This document shows, one piece after another, positions 17,346 to 25,665 of a stretch of DNA of 64,000 bases. The stretch is from Candidatus Flemingiibacterium sp. (GTDB taxonomy: Bacteria; Bacillota; Clostridia; Oscillospirales; CAG-272). Each line of letters starts with the position of its first letter. Within the stretch, counting starts at the first letter, position 1. The translations under genes and the position numbers were made by a program. The notes under the pieces were generated by a model. That model did no database searches and had not been told where the DNA came from. It saw only the letters and a program-made list of their open reading frames with translations. Location: positions 23,967 through 87,966 of the forward strand of contig JAZNKS010000050.1 of the NCBI GenBank assembly GCA_045578725.1, read 5' to 3'.

Positions 17346-20276
17346 ATGAAAAAAACCTTTGCAAAAAACATTCTGCGCTCGGTGAAGGGCACCTTCAGCC
17401 GTTTTCTTGCGATCTTTCTGATCACGGCACTCGGTGTCGGATTTTTGGCCGGCCTTCTGTCCACCGAGCCGGATATGCGGGACAGCATCGACCGCTATTA
17501 CGATGAAAACGATATGATGGATTTCTTTCTGAAATCCACCTGGGGCTTCGATGAGGACGATATCGAAGCCGTACGGCAAACCGAGGGCGTAAAGACGGTC
17601 ATGCCGCACTATCTGACAGATGTGCTGGCGCAGATTGCCGAGGGCGGGGATACCGGCGATTCGCTGACCGCCCGGATTTACGGTCTGCCGCTTGACGGCG
17701 GATGCTCCGAGGATCTTCCGCTCAACAAAATGCCGCTGACCGAGGGCCGTTATCCCGCATCTTCCAATGAAATTCTGGCCGAGCAGGGCAACGGTATGTT
17801 TGAATCACTGGATATCGGAACCACCATCCGGCTTATCCCCGGCGAAGGTGAGGAGCTGTCCGACACCTTTTGTGAAACCGAGCTGACCGTTGTCGGAATC
17901 GTCACCAATCCCGCCTATATGTCCGTCGAACGCGAAACCTCGGATAAGGGCAACGGCCGGGTCGGGGTTCTGCTGTATGGCATGGAGGAGCTGTTCACCC
18001 TTGATGTTTACACCGATCTGTTTGTCACGGCCGATGGTGCGAAGGAGCTCGATACCTATTCAGCCGATTATGAGGCACTGATCGAGCGGGCTGCCGATTC
18101 GCTGGAAGCGGCCGGCAAGGAGCGCTCCAAGCTCCGTTTTGAAAAGACAAGGAACGAGGCGCTGGACGAAATTGCCGAGGCAGAGGCCGAATATCTTGAA
18201 AAGAAGGCGGATGCTGAGGCCGAGCTTGCCGATGCGGCAAAGAAGATTGTCGATGCCGAAGCGGAAATCGCCGACGGCCGCCGGGAGATTGCCGACGGCG
18301 AGGCACAGCTTGCAGACAGCCGCAAAGCGCTGGATGCGCAGTTTGCCCAGCTTGAAAATTCCGCCGCGATGCTCCCGCCCGCCGTCTATGCCGCCTCAAA
18401 GGCACAGCTGGATGCGGCGCTTGACGAGCTTGATAAAGCCAAGGAACGAATCGCCGAGGCCAAAGCCGAGCTGGATGAGGGCGAGGCAAAGCTTATCGAC
18501 AGCCGTGCGGAATATCAGGAGGCCAAAGCCGAGGCGGAAGCGGAATTTGCCGATGCCGAGGCGGAAATTGCCGATGCGAAAGCCGACGTGGAGGCTTTGG
18601 AAGCTCCCGAATGGTATGTGCTTGACCGGAATGCCAATGTCAGCTTCGTCAGCTTTGATTCCAATGCCGAAAAGATTGCCGCCATTGCCCGGATTTTCCC
18701 GCTCTTTTTCTTCCTTGTCGCGGCGCTTGTTTCGCTGACCACCATGACCCGCATGATCGAGGAGGAGCGCACACAGATCGGTATTCTCAAGGCGCTCGGC
18801 TATTCCCGCGCGGGCATCATGAGCAAATACATTCTCTATGCCGGCGTATCCGGTCTGCTCGGAAGTGCAACCGGCCTTGCCATCGGTCTGGTTCTCTTCC
18901 CTTCGGTCATCTGGAATGCCTATAAAATCATGTACACCTTCCCGCCGCTGCGGCTCTCCTTCATTCCTGAGATCGCCCTGCTGTCGGCGGCCGCCGCCAT
19001 CGTCTGCACGCTTGGCGCAACCGTATGGGCCGGCGCACATATTCTCTCCGAAAAGCCGGCCGCCCTTCTGCTTCCCCGTGCCCCCAAGGCCGGCAAGCGG
19101 GTCCTGCTTGAGCGGATCACGCCTCTCTGGAAGCGCCTCGGCTTCCATCAGAAGGTCACACTCCGCAATCTTTTCCGCTACAAGAAGCGCTTCTTCATGA
19201 CAGTCATCGGCATCGCGGGCTGCACCGCTCTGCTTGTCACCGGCTTCGGCCTGCGGGATTCCATCAGCGACATTGTGGATCTGCAGTTCAATGAGCTGAT
19301 GCAGTACAATCTGACCCTGCAGCTGGAGGACGGCATCGAGGATCCTGCGCCGATCGAAGCCTTCCTTTCCGATCCGGAGCAGGTCAAAGATTCGCTGGCC
19401 GTCCATTCCGAATACGGAACGGTCCGGGCAGGCGACAAAGAACTGGAAGCAAATATCACCGTTCCGGCCGATTATGATAAATTCCCCGACTTCATCCGTC
19501 TGCGGAAGCGGATCGGGCATGAAGCGGTCCCCTTCGGAGCGGATTCGGTTGTTTTCTCGGAGAAGATGGCCACCATTCTCGGCGTATCTGTCGGTGATAC
19601 CGTGGAGCTTGAAAATGCAGACGGTGAAACCGCCCGTTTCACTGTCAGCGGCATAACCGAAAATTACGTTGAGAGCTATGTTTATATGACCGCCTGCGTA
19701 TATGAGGAAGCCTATGAGCAGCCTCTCTCCTATACAACTCGGTTTGTCAAGTCGCTCGCCGCTTCACCGGACGAGGAGGATGCCGCTGCCGAGGCTCTTC
19801 TGAAGCTTGACGGTGTCCGCTCGGTATCCTTCTCCACCTCCATGTCCTCCTCCTTCGAGAATATGCTGGAGAAGATCGACTATATCGTCATCGTGCTGAT
19901 CGTATGCGCCGGTCTGCTGGCCTTTGTCGTGCTCTACAACCTGACCAACATCAACATTGCCGAGCGCGAGAAGGAGCTGGCCACCATCAAGGTGCTCGGC
20001 TTCTATGACGGCGAGGTTGCCGCCTATATCTACCGCGAAACCGCGCTGCTGAGCCTGCTCGGCACGGCGGCGGGACTTGTGCTGGGCATTTTCCTCCACC
20101 GCTTTGTTGTGCTGACCGCCGAGGTCGATATTGTCATGTTTGGCCGGTTCATCTATGCACCAAGCTATCTTCTGTCGGCCCTTATCACGCTGATCTTTTC
20201 CGCGCTGGTCTGCCTTTCCATGTCCGGCCGGCTGAAGCGCATCGACATGGTTGAATCCATGAAGGCCGGCGAATAA
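17346..20276 (+). CDS. ABC transporter permease with two FtsX-type domains and a long extracytoplasmic coiled-coil insert
   Basis: 976 aa. An N-terminal TM is followed by a large soluble region containing about 170 aa of Ala/Glu-rich heptad-like sequence. Two 3-TM FtsX-like blocks are then separated by a second soluble domain. Confidence 0.85.
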   Translation: MKKTFAKNILRSVKGTFSRFLAIFLITALGVGFLAGLLSTEPDMRDSIDRYYDENDMMDFFLKSTWGFDEDDIEAVRQTEGVKTVMPHYLTDVLAQIAEGGDTGDSLTARIYGLPLDGGCSEDLPLNKMPLTEGRYPASSNEILAEQGNGMFESLDIGTTIRLIPGEGEELSDTFCETELTVVGIVTNPAYMSVERETSDKGNGRVGVLLYGMEELFTLDVYTDLFVTADGAKELDTYSADYEALIERAADSLEAAGKERSKLRFEKTRNEALDEIAEAEAEYLEKKADAEAELADAAKKIVDAEAEIADGRREIADGEAQLADSRKALDAQFAQLENSAAMLPPAVYAASKAQLDAALDELDKAKERIAEAKAELDEGEAKLIDSRAEYQEAKAEAEAEFADAEAEIADAKADVEALEAPEWYVLDRNANVSFVSFDSNAEKIAAIARIFPLFFFLVAALVSLTTMTRMIEEERTQIGILKALGYSRAGIMSKYILYAGVSGLLGSATGLAIGLVLFPSVIWNAYKIMYTFPPLRLSFIPEIALLSAAAAIVCTLGATVWAGAHILSEKPAALLLPRAPKAGKRVLLERITPLWKRLGFHQKVTLRNLFRYKKRFFMTVIGIAGCTALLVTGFGLRDSISDIVDLQFNELMQYNLTLQLEDGIEDPAPIEAFLSDPEQVKDSLAVHSEYGTVRAGDKELEANITVPADYDKFPDFIRLRKRIGHEAVPFGADSVVFSEKMATILGVSVGDTVELENADGETARFTVSGITENYVESYVYMTACVYEEAYEQPLSYTTRFVKSLAASPDEEDAAAEALLKLDGVRSVSFSTSMSSSFENMLEKIDYIVIVLIVCAGLLAFVVLYNLTNINIAEREKELATIKVLGFYDGEVAAYIYRETALLSLLGTAAGLVLGIFLHRFVVLTAEVDIVMFGRFIYAPSYLLSALITLIFSALVCLSMSGRLKRIDMVESMKAGE

Positions 20277-20300
20277 CCCCTCCGAAAGGACTTCTCTGTC

Positions 20301-21233
20301 ATGAAAAAAAGCGAATTCAATTTTTCGGCGCCCGAGGTGCAGGCCGGTGATCTGCTGCTCTATGCGGTCCTGGATCAGGGATTTCTGGAATCCGCCTGCG
20401 CGCCCCGGCTCTCCACCGATATGCATTCCCATCCCTATTTTGAGATTCTGGCCTGCATCGACGGTGAGTATGATATCAAGCTGCTGGATCGGGAGGATGT
20501 GCGGATGGTTCCCGGAACGATGTGTCTGCTTCCGCCCGAAACCTATCACAGCTGCAATGCCGTCGGCGGCAATATTCTGCAGCTGGCCCTCCGCTTCCGC
20601 TATACCCGGCAGAAAAGCAGCGGCAGCCGGAATGATGAGCCGACTTCGCTGTTTGAAGCCTGTGACCGGGTCATGCAGAGCCTTGATTCCCCGCGGATTC
20701 TGCCTGATGTCGGTCCGCTCTGCGGGATGCTCTGCGATATCCGCGGGGAGATGCAAAAGCAGCAGATCGGCTCGGGAGTCTGTGCCCAGCTGCTGATTGC
20801 GCAGTTCTTCATCCGTCTGATCCGCCGGCTGGACCGGCAGGAGATGAGCGCCAACATCACCGCCAGCCGGATTCCCGATGACGATGACCGCGAGGTACGC
20901 TATCAGAAGATCGAGAATTATCTGTCAAAAAACGCCGGCATCGCTGTCACCGAGGAGGATATGGCCCGCGAGCTTGGCCTTTCCTCCCGCCAGCTGAGCC
21001 GGGTTCTCCGCAGTATCTACGGCATGAGCTTCCGCGAAAAGGTCATCGAAACCCGCCTGCACCGGGCGGTGGGTCTGCTTACCCACACCGACTGCCCGAT
21101 TGAGAAGGTGGCCTCCTCGGTCGGCTATACCACGCCCTCCGGCTTTTATGTGGCCTTCCGGAAGCAGTTCGGAATGTCCGCCGGCGAATACCGCCGCCTG
21201 CATCAGGGTAAATCGAAGGAAAACATTGAATAA
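20301..21233 (+). CDS. AraC family transcriptional regulator (cupin-like sensor domain plus C-terminal HTH)
   Basis: C-terminal AraC HTH pattern (LSSRQLSRVLRSIYGMSFRE ... VGYTTPSGFYVAFRKQFGMSAGEYR). Confidence 0.85.
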   Translation: MKKSEFNFSAPEVQAGDLLLYAVLDQGFLESACAPRLSTDMHSHPYFEILACIDGEYDIKLLDREDVRMVPGTMCLLPPETYHSCNAVGGNILQLALRFRYTRQKSSGSRNDEPTSLFEACDRVMQSLDSPRILPDVGPLCGMLCDIRGEMQKQQIGSGVCAQLLIAQFFIRLIRRLDRQEMSANITASRIPDDDDREVRYQKIENYLSKNAGIAVTEEDMARELGLSSRQLSRVLRSIYGMSFREKVIETRLHRAVGLLTHTDCPIEKVASSVGYTTPSGFYVAFRKQFGMSAGEYRRLHQGKSKENIE

Positions 21234-21237
21234 TGGG

Positions 21238-21279
21238 ACACCATGCGGCAAAAGATGTCGCATGGTGTTATTTACTTTT
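21238..21279 (+). terminator. rho-independent terminator after the AraC gene
   Basis: ACACCATGCG ... CGCATGGTGT stem followed by TATTTACTTTT. Confidence 0.55.
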
Positions 21280-21299
21280 CGGAGAATATCCGCTATAAT
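21271..21299 (+). promoter_or_regulatory. candidate promoter of the lyase/BNR operon
   Basis: TTTACT, 17 nt, TATAAT (21294-21299). It overlaps the terminator T-tract. Confidence 0.4.
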
Positions 21300-21335
21300 A
21301 GTATTATTGAAATTTTCCGAAAAGGAGATTCTGTT

Positions 21336-22219
21336 ATGAACAAAGATCAATTCAAAGGTATTCTGCCCGCTATGATGACCGCCTTCACCGATGACGGTAT
21401 CGACTGCAAAAAAATCCAGGCGCACATCGGCAATCTGAAGGCCGCAGGCGTTCACGGCCTGTATGTCGGAGGCTCCAGCGGTGAGATGGTGCTCTGCTCC
21501 CAGAAGGAACGCATGGAGCTGCTGGAAACCACGATGGAGGCTTCCGGCGATCTGACAATCATCGCTCACATCACGCCCTCTCCACCAAGGATTCCGTCGA
21601 GCTGGCCCGCCATGCCGCAAAGTGCGGTGCCCACGCCGTTTCCTCGGTCACCCCGCTCTACTACAAGTATTCCTTCGACGATATCAAGCATTACTACGAG
21701 CGGCTCTGCGATGCCGCCGGCATCCCGCTGATCATCTACAACATTCCCGTCATCACCGGCACCACGCTGAACTTCGATCAGCTGTCCGAGCTGCTTTCGC
21801 TTCCCGGTGTCGGCGGCATGAAATTCACCTGCTCCGACTTCTTCCAGCTGAATCTGCTGACCCGCGCCTTCCCGGACAAGGTCTTCTACAACGGCTCGGA
21901 CGAGATGCTTCTCTCCGGTCTTGCGGCCGGTGCGGACGGCGGTATCGGCACCACCTACAACTTCATGCCCCGCATCATTCTGTCGATCTACAACTATTTC
22001 AAGGAAAACAAGATCGCCGAGGCACAGGATGCCCAGAGTCTGGCAAACAAGGCCATCCAGGCTGTTATCAGCCGCGGCACCATCCCGGCCTCCAAGCAGA
22101 TGATTACCTTCGCCGGTCTTGATTACGGCGAGGCCCGCGAGCCCTTCCAGCCCCTCACCGAGGAAACCAAGGCATGGCTGTACGAAAATGCCTGGAAGCT
22201 GATCGAAGGCAAAAACTGA
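21336..22219 (+). pseudogene. N-acetylneuraminate lyase-like gene (DHDPS/NAL family) interrupted by a single-nucleotide frame break near 21573-21578
   Basis: The N-terminal third (MNKDQFKGILPAMMTAF...GLYVGGSSGE...IIAHI) is in the frame of 21336. The remainder (ALSTKDSVELARHAAKCGAHAVSSVTPLYYKYSF...IIYNIP...GGMKFT...GADGGIGTTYNF) continues in the -1 frame to 22219. The Schiff-base Lys (MKFT) and the YNIP Tyr are intact, and no other lesion is visible. Confidence 0.7.
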
Positions 22220-22244
22220 TAAAGGAAACCAGGATTATTGCACC

Positions 22245-23345
22245 ATGAACATCCAACTTTTCGAAACGCCGTACCCTTACGATAAAAAGCAATGCTTCGT
22301 CCACGGCCGTGCCTGTGCGCTCGATGATAACCGTCTGGTTCTGACCATGCAGCTGCTGAATGTTGCCGGAAGCGATGTTTTCTCCGATCTCTATGTCATC
22401 CGCAGTGAGGATGGCGGAAAAACCTGGACCAAACCGGTTCAGGATCCCGCCTTCCGGATGGAAAGCGGGGATCCCGCGATCCGCCGCGCCGGATGCGACG
22501 CTACCCATTTGCTTCACAAGGCCACCGGCACCCCGATCGTGATCGGCCACGAGGTTTATTACAGCCCCGGTGGACTCACGCCGGTTGACGGAATGAACTG
22601 CCTCACCTGGTATTCTACCTACGATACCGAAAAGGGTTGCTTCCGTCCGGCCGATATCATCGAGTTGCCGCCAGAATACCTCGAAACTTTCAACCGTTTC
22701 GGAAGCGGCTGTACCCAGTTCATCGAGGATGATGACGGTACCCTGCTGATTCCCGCTTATCTGACGGTACCGCATGACAACCAGATGAAATGCGTTGTCA
22801 TGCGCTGCCGCCTCAACGGCTATAAGCTGGAATTTGTCGAAATGGGCGGCATCCTTGAATTCACGGATGTCCGCGGTATCTGTGAGCCATCCATTGTCAA
22901 GTACAGCGGAAAGTATTACCTCACCATCCGCTCGGACAATCATGGCCTTTGGGCCGTCAGCGATGACGGTCTGCACTTCACCCCGCCGCAGATCTGGCAT
23001 TGGGACAGCGGTCTGGAGCTTCCCAACTACAATACCCAGCAGCACTGGATGACGCTGGGCGGCAAGCTTTATCTTGTCTATACAAGAAAGGCCGGCAACA
23101 ACGATCATGTCTTCCGCCACCGCGCGCCCCTGTTTGTCGCCGAAGTGGATACCGAAACCATGACGATCAAGCGCCATACCGAGCAGATTGTCATTCCCGA
23201 GCGCGGCGCACGTCTTGGCAACTTCGGTGTCACCAATGTCAGCGATTCGCTGGCCTATGTTACCGTCAACGAATGGATGCAGCCCGCCGGATGCGAGAAA
23301 TACGGCAGCAATAACGCTCTTTGGGTTGCCCGTATCACCCTGTAA
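22245..23345 (+). CDS. BNR/Asp-box beta-propeller protein, sialidase-superfamily-like (divergent member), cytoplasmic
   Basis: 366 aa with one clear Asp-box (SEDGGKTW). There is no signal peptide. It is unlike the three downstream paralogues in most of its sequence. Confidence 0.6.
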   Translation: MNIQLFETPYPYDKKQCFVHGRACALDDNRLVLTMQLLNVAGSDVFSDLYVIRSEDGGKTWTKPVQDPAFRMESGDPAIRRAGCDATHLLHKATGTPIVIGHEVYYSPGGLTPVDGMNCLTWYSTYDTEKGCFRPADIIELPPEYLETFNRFGSGCTQFIEDDDGTLLIPAYLTVPHDNQMKCVVMRCRLNGYKLEFVEMGGILEFTDVRGICEPSIVKYSGKYYLTIRSDNHGLWAVSDDGLHFTPPQIWHWDSGLELPNYNTQQHWMTLGGKLYLVYTRKAGNNDHVFRHRAPLFVAEVDTETMTIKRHTEQIVIPERGARLGNFGVTNVSDSLAYVTVNEWMQPAGCEKYGSNNALWVARITL

Positions 23346-23363
23346 GCCACAAAGGAGGCTAAA

Positions 23364-24500
23364 ATGATTATCACTCCCGAAGTCACACACGGCATTATCA
23401 GCCGCCGCGTCAATACATCTTTCCCCTATCACGGATGGCCGACCGTTGCCCGCGATGAAAACGGCGTTCTGTACGCCGTCGCCTCGGCCTTCCGCGCCGG
23501 ACACGTCTGCCCGTTCGGCAAGACCGCGATGTTCATCAGCCGCAATAACGGCAAGACATGGACCCCGCCGATCGTCATCAACGATACCTATCTCGATGAC
23601 CGCGATGCCGGCATCCTCTATATGGGAAACGGCCGGATGCTCGTCACATGGTTTACCCACCCGGCGGACCTCTATCAGAATGACTACTATGACGAAATCA
23701 ACTCCTGGTCGCCCTGGCCTGTCAAGGCCGCTTCGATGGGTATGCTGGCCGGCTATGACCATCTCTCCGAGGAAGAGAGGAAGGGCGGCTCCTATGTCCG
23801 TGTATCCGAGGATTACGGTGTCACCTGGAGCGAAAAGATCCGCATTCCGGTATCCGCGCCCCACGGTCCCTGCCTCTGCCGCGACGGATCCCTGATCTAT
23901 CTTGGCAGTGAGATGCACTCCTACGGCGAGCTTCCGGAGAAGACAATAGCCGCCTACAAGAGCTGTGACGGCGGTTATACCTGGCAAAAAGCCGGTGAGG
24001 TTGTGCTGCCGGAGGATATTCCCTCCTCCTGCTTCTCCGAGCCTCATGTCATCGAGCTTCCGGACGGGCGGCTGTTTGGTCTGATCCGCGCTCAGGGCAA
24101 GGAGGTCCGTGACGGCTGCTTTGAATGCCCCGACGGCGAGATGCGCTATGGCTACACCATGCTGTTTACCGTATCCGAGGACAGCGGCAAGACCTGGAGT
24201 GTCCCGGAATATTCCAGCATCAACGGTGCCCCCGGCCACCTGATGCTCCATTCGTCGGGCGCGCTGATTCTTTCCTACAGCCGCCGCGAAAAACCGTTCT
24301 CCGAACGTGCCGCTGTCAGCTATGACCTTGGCAAAACGTGGGAGGATGATTATGTCATTGATGACCGGCCCTGGGACTTCGACATGGGTTATCCCTCCAC
24401 GGTCGAGCTGGATGACGGAAGTCTTTTCACCATCTACTATCAGAAGCTGGACGGCGAAGCCATCAACAACGTTCTCTGTACTCATTGGAATCTGAAATAA
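23364..24500 (+). CDS. BNR/Asp-box beta-propeller protein, sialidase (GH33)-like superfamily, cytoplasmic; tandem paralogue 1
   Basis: 378 aa with five Asp-boxes (SRNNGKTW, SEDYGVTW, SCDGGYTW, SEDSGKTW, SYDLGKTW). The C-terminal segment is GYPSTVELDDGSLFTIYYQK. There is no signal peptide, and an AGGAGG RBS is present. Confidence 0.75.
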   Translation: MIITPEVTHGIISRRVNTSFPYHGWPTVARDENGVLYAVASAFRAGHVCPFGKTAMFISRNNGKTWTPPIVINDTYLDDRDAGILYMGNGRMLVTWFTHPADLYQNDYYDEINSWSPWPVKAASMGMLAGYDHLSEEERKGGSYVRVSEDYGVTWSEKIRIPVSAPHGPCLCRDGSLIYLGSEMHSYGELPEKTIAAYKSCDGGYTWQKAGEVVLPEDIPSSCFSEPHVIELPDGRLFGLIRAQGKEVRDGCFECPDGEMRYGYTMLFTVSEDSGKTWSVPEYSSINGAPGHLMLHSSGALILSYSRREKPFSERAAVSYDLGKTWEDDYVIDDRPWDFDMGYPSTVELDDGSLFTIYYQKLDGEAINNVLCTHWNLK

Positions 24501-24512
24501 AGGAAATCTGCT

Positions 24513-25649
24513 ATGAATATCATCACTCCAGAACGTGTCCATGGCATCGTCAACCGCGCACAGGGCTCCGTCTTCTGCTATCAGGGCTGGCCGACCGTCG
24601 CACGCGATGAGAACGGCGTTCTCTATGCCGTCGCCTCCGCCTTCCGTGTCAGCCATGTCTGCCCCTACGGCAAAACGGCTCTCTACATCAGCCGCGATAA
24701 CGGCAAGACCTGGACTCCGCCCTTTGTTATCAACGATACCTATCTCGATGACCGCGATGCCGGCATTCTCTATATGGGAAACGGCCGGATGCTGGTCACA
24801 TGGTTCACCCATTCCGCGGATTCCTATCAGACCACATGGTTTGAAGGCATCCGCAACCGCACCGAGCGTGCCACGCTGAATGCTGCCATGGGTCTTTTAG
24901 CCGGCTACGATTTTCTCCCCGAGGAGGATCGCCGCGGCGGCTCATACATCCGCATTTCCGAGGATTACGGTGTGACCTGGAGCGACAGAATCCGCGTTCC
25001 GGTATCCGCTCCCCACGGCCCGAATCTCTGCCGCGACGGCTCGCTGATCTATCTTGGCAAGGAAATGTGGGCAGCGGATGAAATCCCCGCCGGCTGTATC
25101 GCCGCTTACAAAAGCTCTGACGGCGGATACACCTGGACGAAGCTCGGCGTGCTGTCCTTCCCCGAGGGCACAAAGCCGGATAATTTCCACGAGCCTCATG
25201 TCATCGAGCTGCCGGACGGCCGGCTGCTCGGCATGATCCGCGCCCAGGGCGACGGCATTGTCGGCGGGCGCTTCCAGGGCGACGGCTGGGACTATACCGG
25301 CTACACCCTCTATTCGACCGTTTCCGAGGATGGCGGAAAAACCTGGAGCGAGATGACTCCCACCGGCCTTTCCGGCAATCCCGGCCATCTGCTGCTTCAT
25401 TCATCGGGCGCGCTGATTCTCACTTACGGCCGCCGCGAAACGCCTTACGGCGAGCGCGCCGCCGTCAGCTATGATCTCGGCAGGACCTGGGCGGATGAAT
25501 ACATCATCGATGACCGCTCCGACACCCACGATCTGGGCTACCCGTCCACCGTCGAGCTGGATGACGGAAGCCTGTTCAGCGTCTACTACCAGAAATGCGA
25601 AGGCGATTCCTATTGCTCCACCCTCTGCACCAACTGGAAACTGAAATAA
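24513..25649 (+). CDS. BNR/Asp-box beta-propeller protein, sialidase-like superfamily; tandem paralogue 2
   Basis: 378 aa and collinear with paralogue 1. Asp-boxes are SRDNGKTW, SEDYGVTW, SSDGGYTW, SEDGGKTW and SYDLGRTW. Confidence 0.75.
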   Translation: MNIITPERVHGIVNRAQGSVFCYQGWPTVARDENGVLYAVASAFRVSHVCPYGKTALYISRDNGKTWTPPFVINDTYLDDRDAGILYMGNGRMLVTWFTHSADSYQTTWFEGIRNRTERATLNAAMGLLAGYDFLPEEDRRGGSYIRISEDYGVTWSDRIRVPVSAPHGPNLCRDGSLIYLGKEMWAADEIPAGCIAAYKSSDGGYTWTKLGVLSFPEGTKPDNFHEPHVIELPDGRLLGMIRAQGDGIVGGRFQGDGWDYTGYTLYSTVSEDGGKTWSEMTPTGLSGNPGHLLLHSSGALILTYGRRETPYGERAAVSYDLGRTWADEYIIDDRSDTHDLGYPSTVELDDGSLFSVYYQKCEGDSYCSTLCTNWKLK

Positions 25650-25665
25650 TCCGGAGGTAACTACC

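Noticed and set aside
18025-18790. Several 85-199-aa ORFs on both strands within the permease coiled-coil region.
   Set aside because: They are by-products of the low-complexity GCC/GAG-rich repeat DNA that encodes the Ala/Glu coiled coil. They have no RBS or motif support.
21622-22122. 166-aa Arg/His/Pro-rich ORF inside the lyase-like gene.
   Set aside because: It is the third frame of the frameshifted NAL-family gene. Its composition is nonsense-like, and the other two frames together reconstruct a complete lyase.
23838-23849. An 'RIP' tripeptide (EKIRIPVS) in BNR paralogue 1, considered as the sialidase catalytic motif.
   Set aside because: It lies mid-protein after the second Asp-box rather than near the N-terminus. 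It is RVP and KVP in the other two paralogues, so it is not the conserved (F/Y)RIP motif.
22155-24812. 885-aa ORF on the minus strand. Similar very long antisense ORFs occur at 16-1239(-), 1574-3472(-), 12428-14542(+), 16608-17609(-), 29629-30795(+), 33245-36478(-), 39186-41888(-), 44140-45546(-), 50223-52097(+), 53625-55118(+), 55725-57359(+), 58996-60114(+) and 60781-62067(+).
   Set aside because: Each lies antisense to a gene whose translation carries unmistakable conserved motifs (BNR boxes, GlnRS/MetY, SecA, EF-G, PBP, DnaE, TyrRS and so on). Their own translations are Gly/Ala/Arg/Asp/Val-rich with no motifs. Long stop-free antisense frames are expected in high-GC, GC3-biased genomes.
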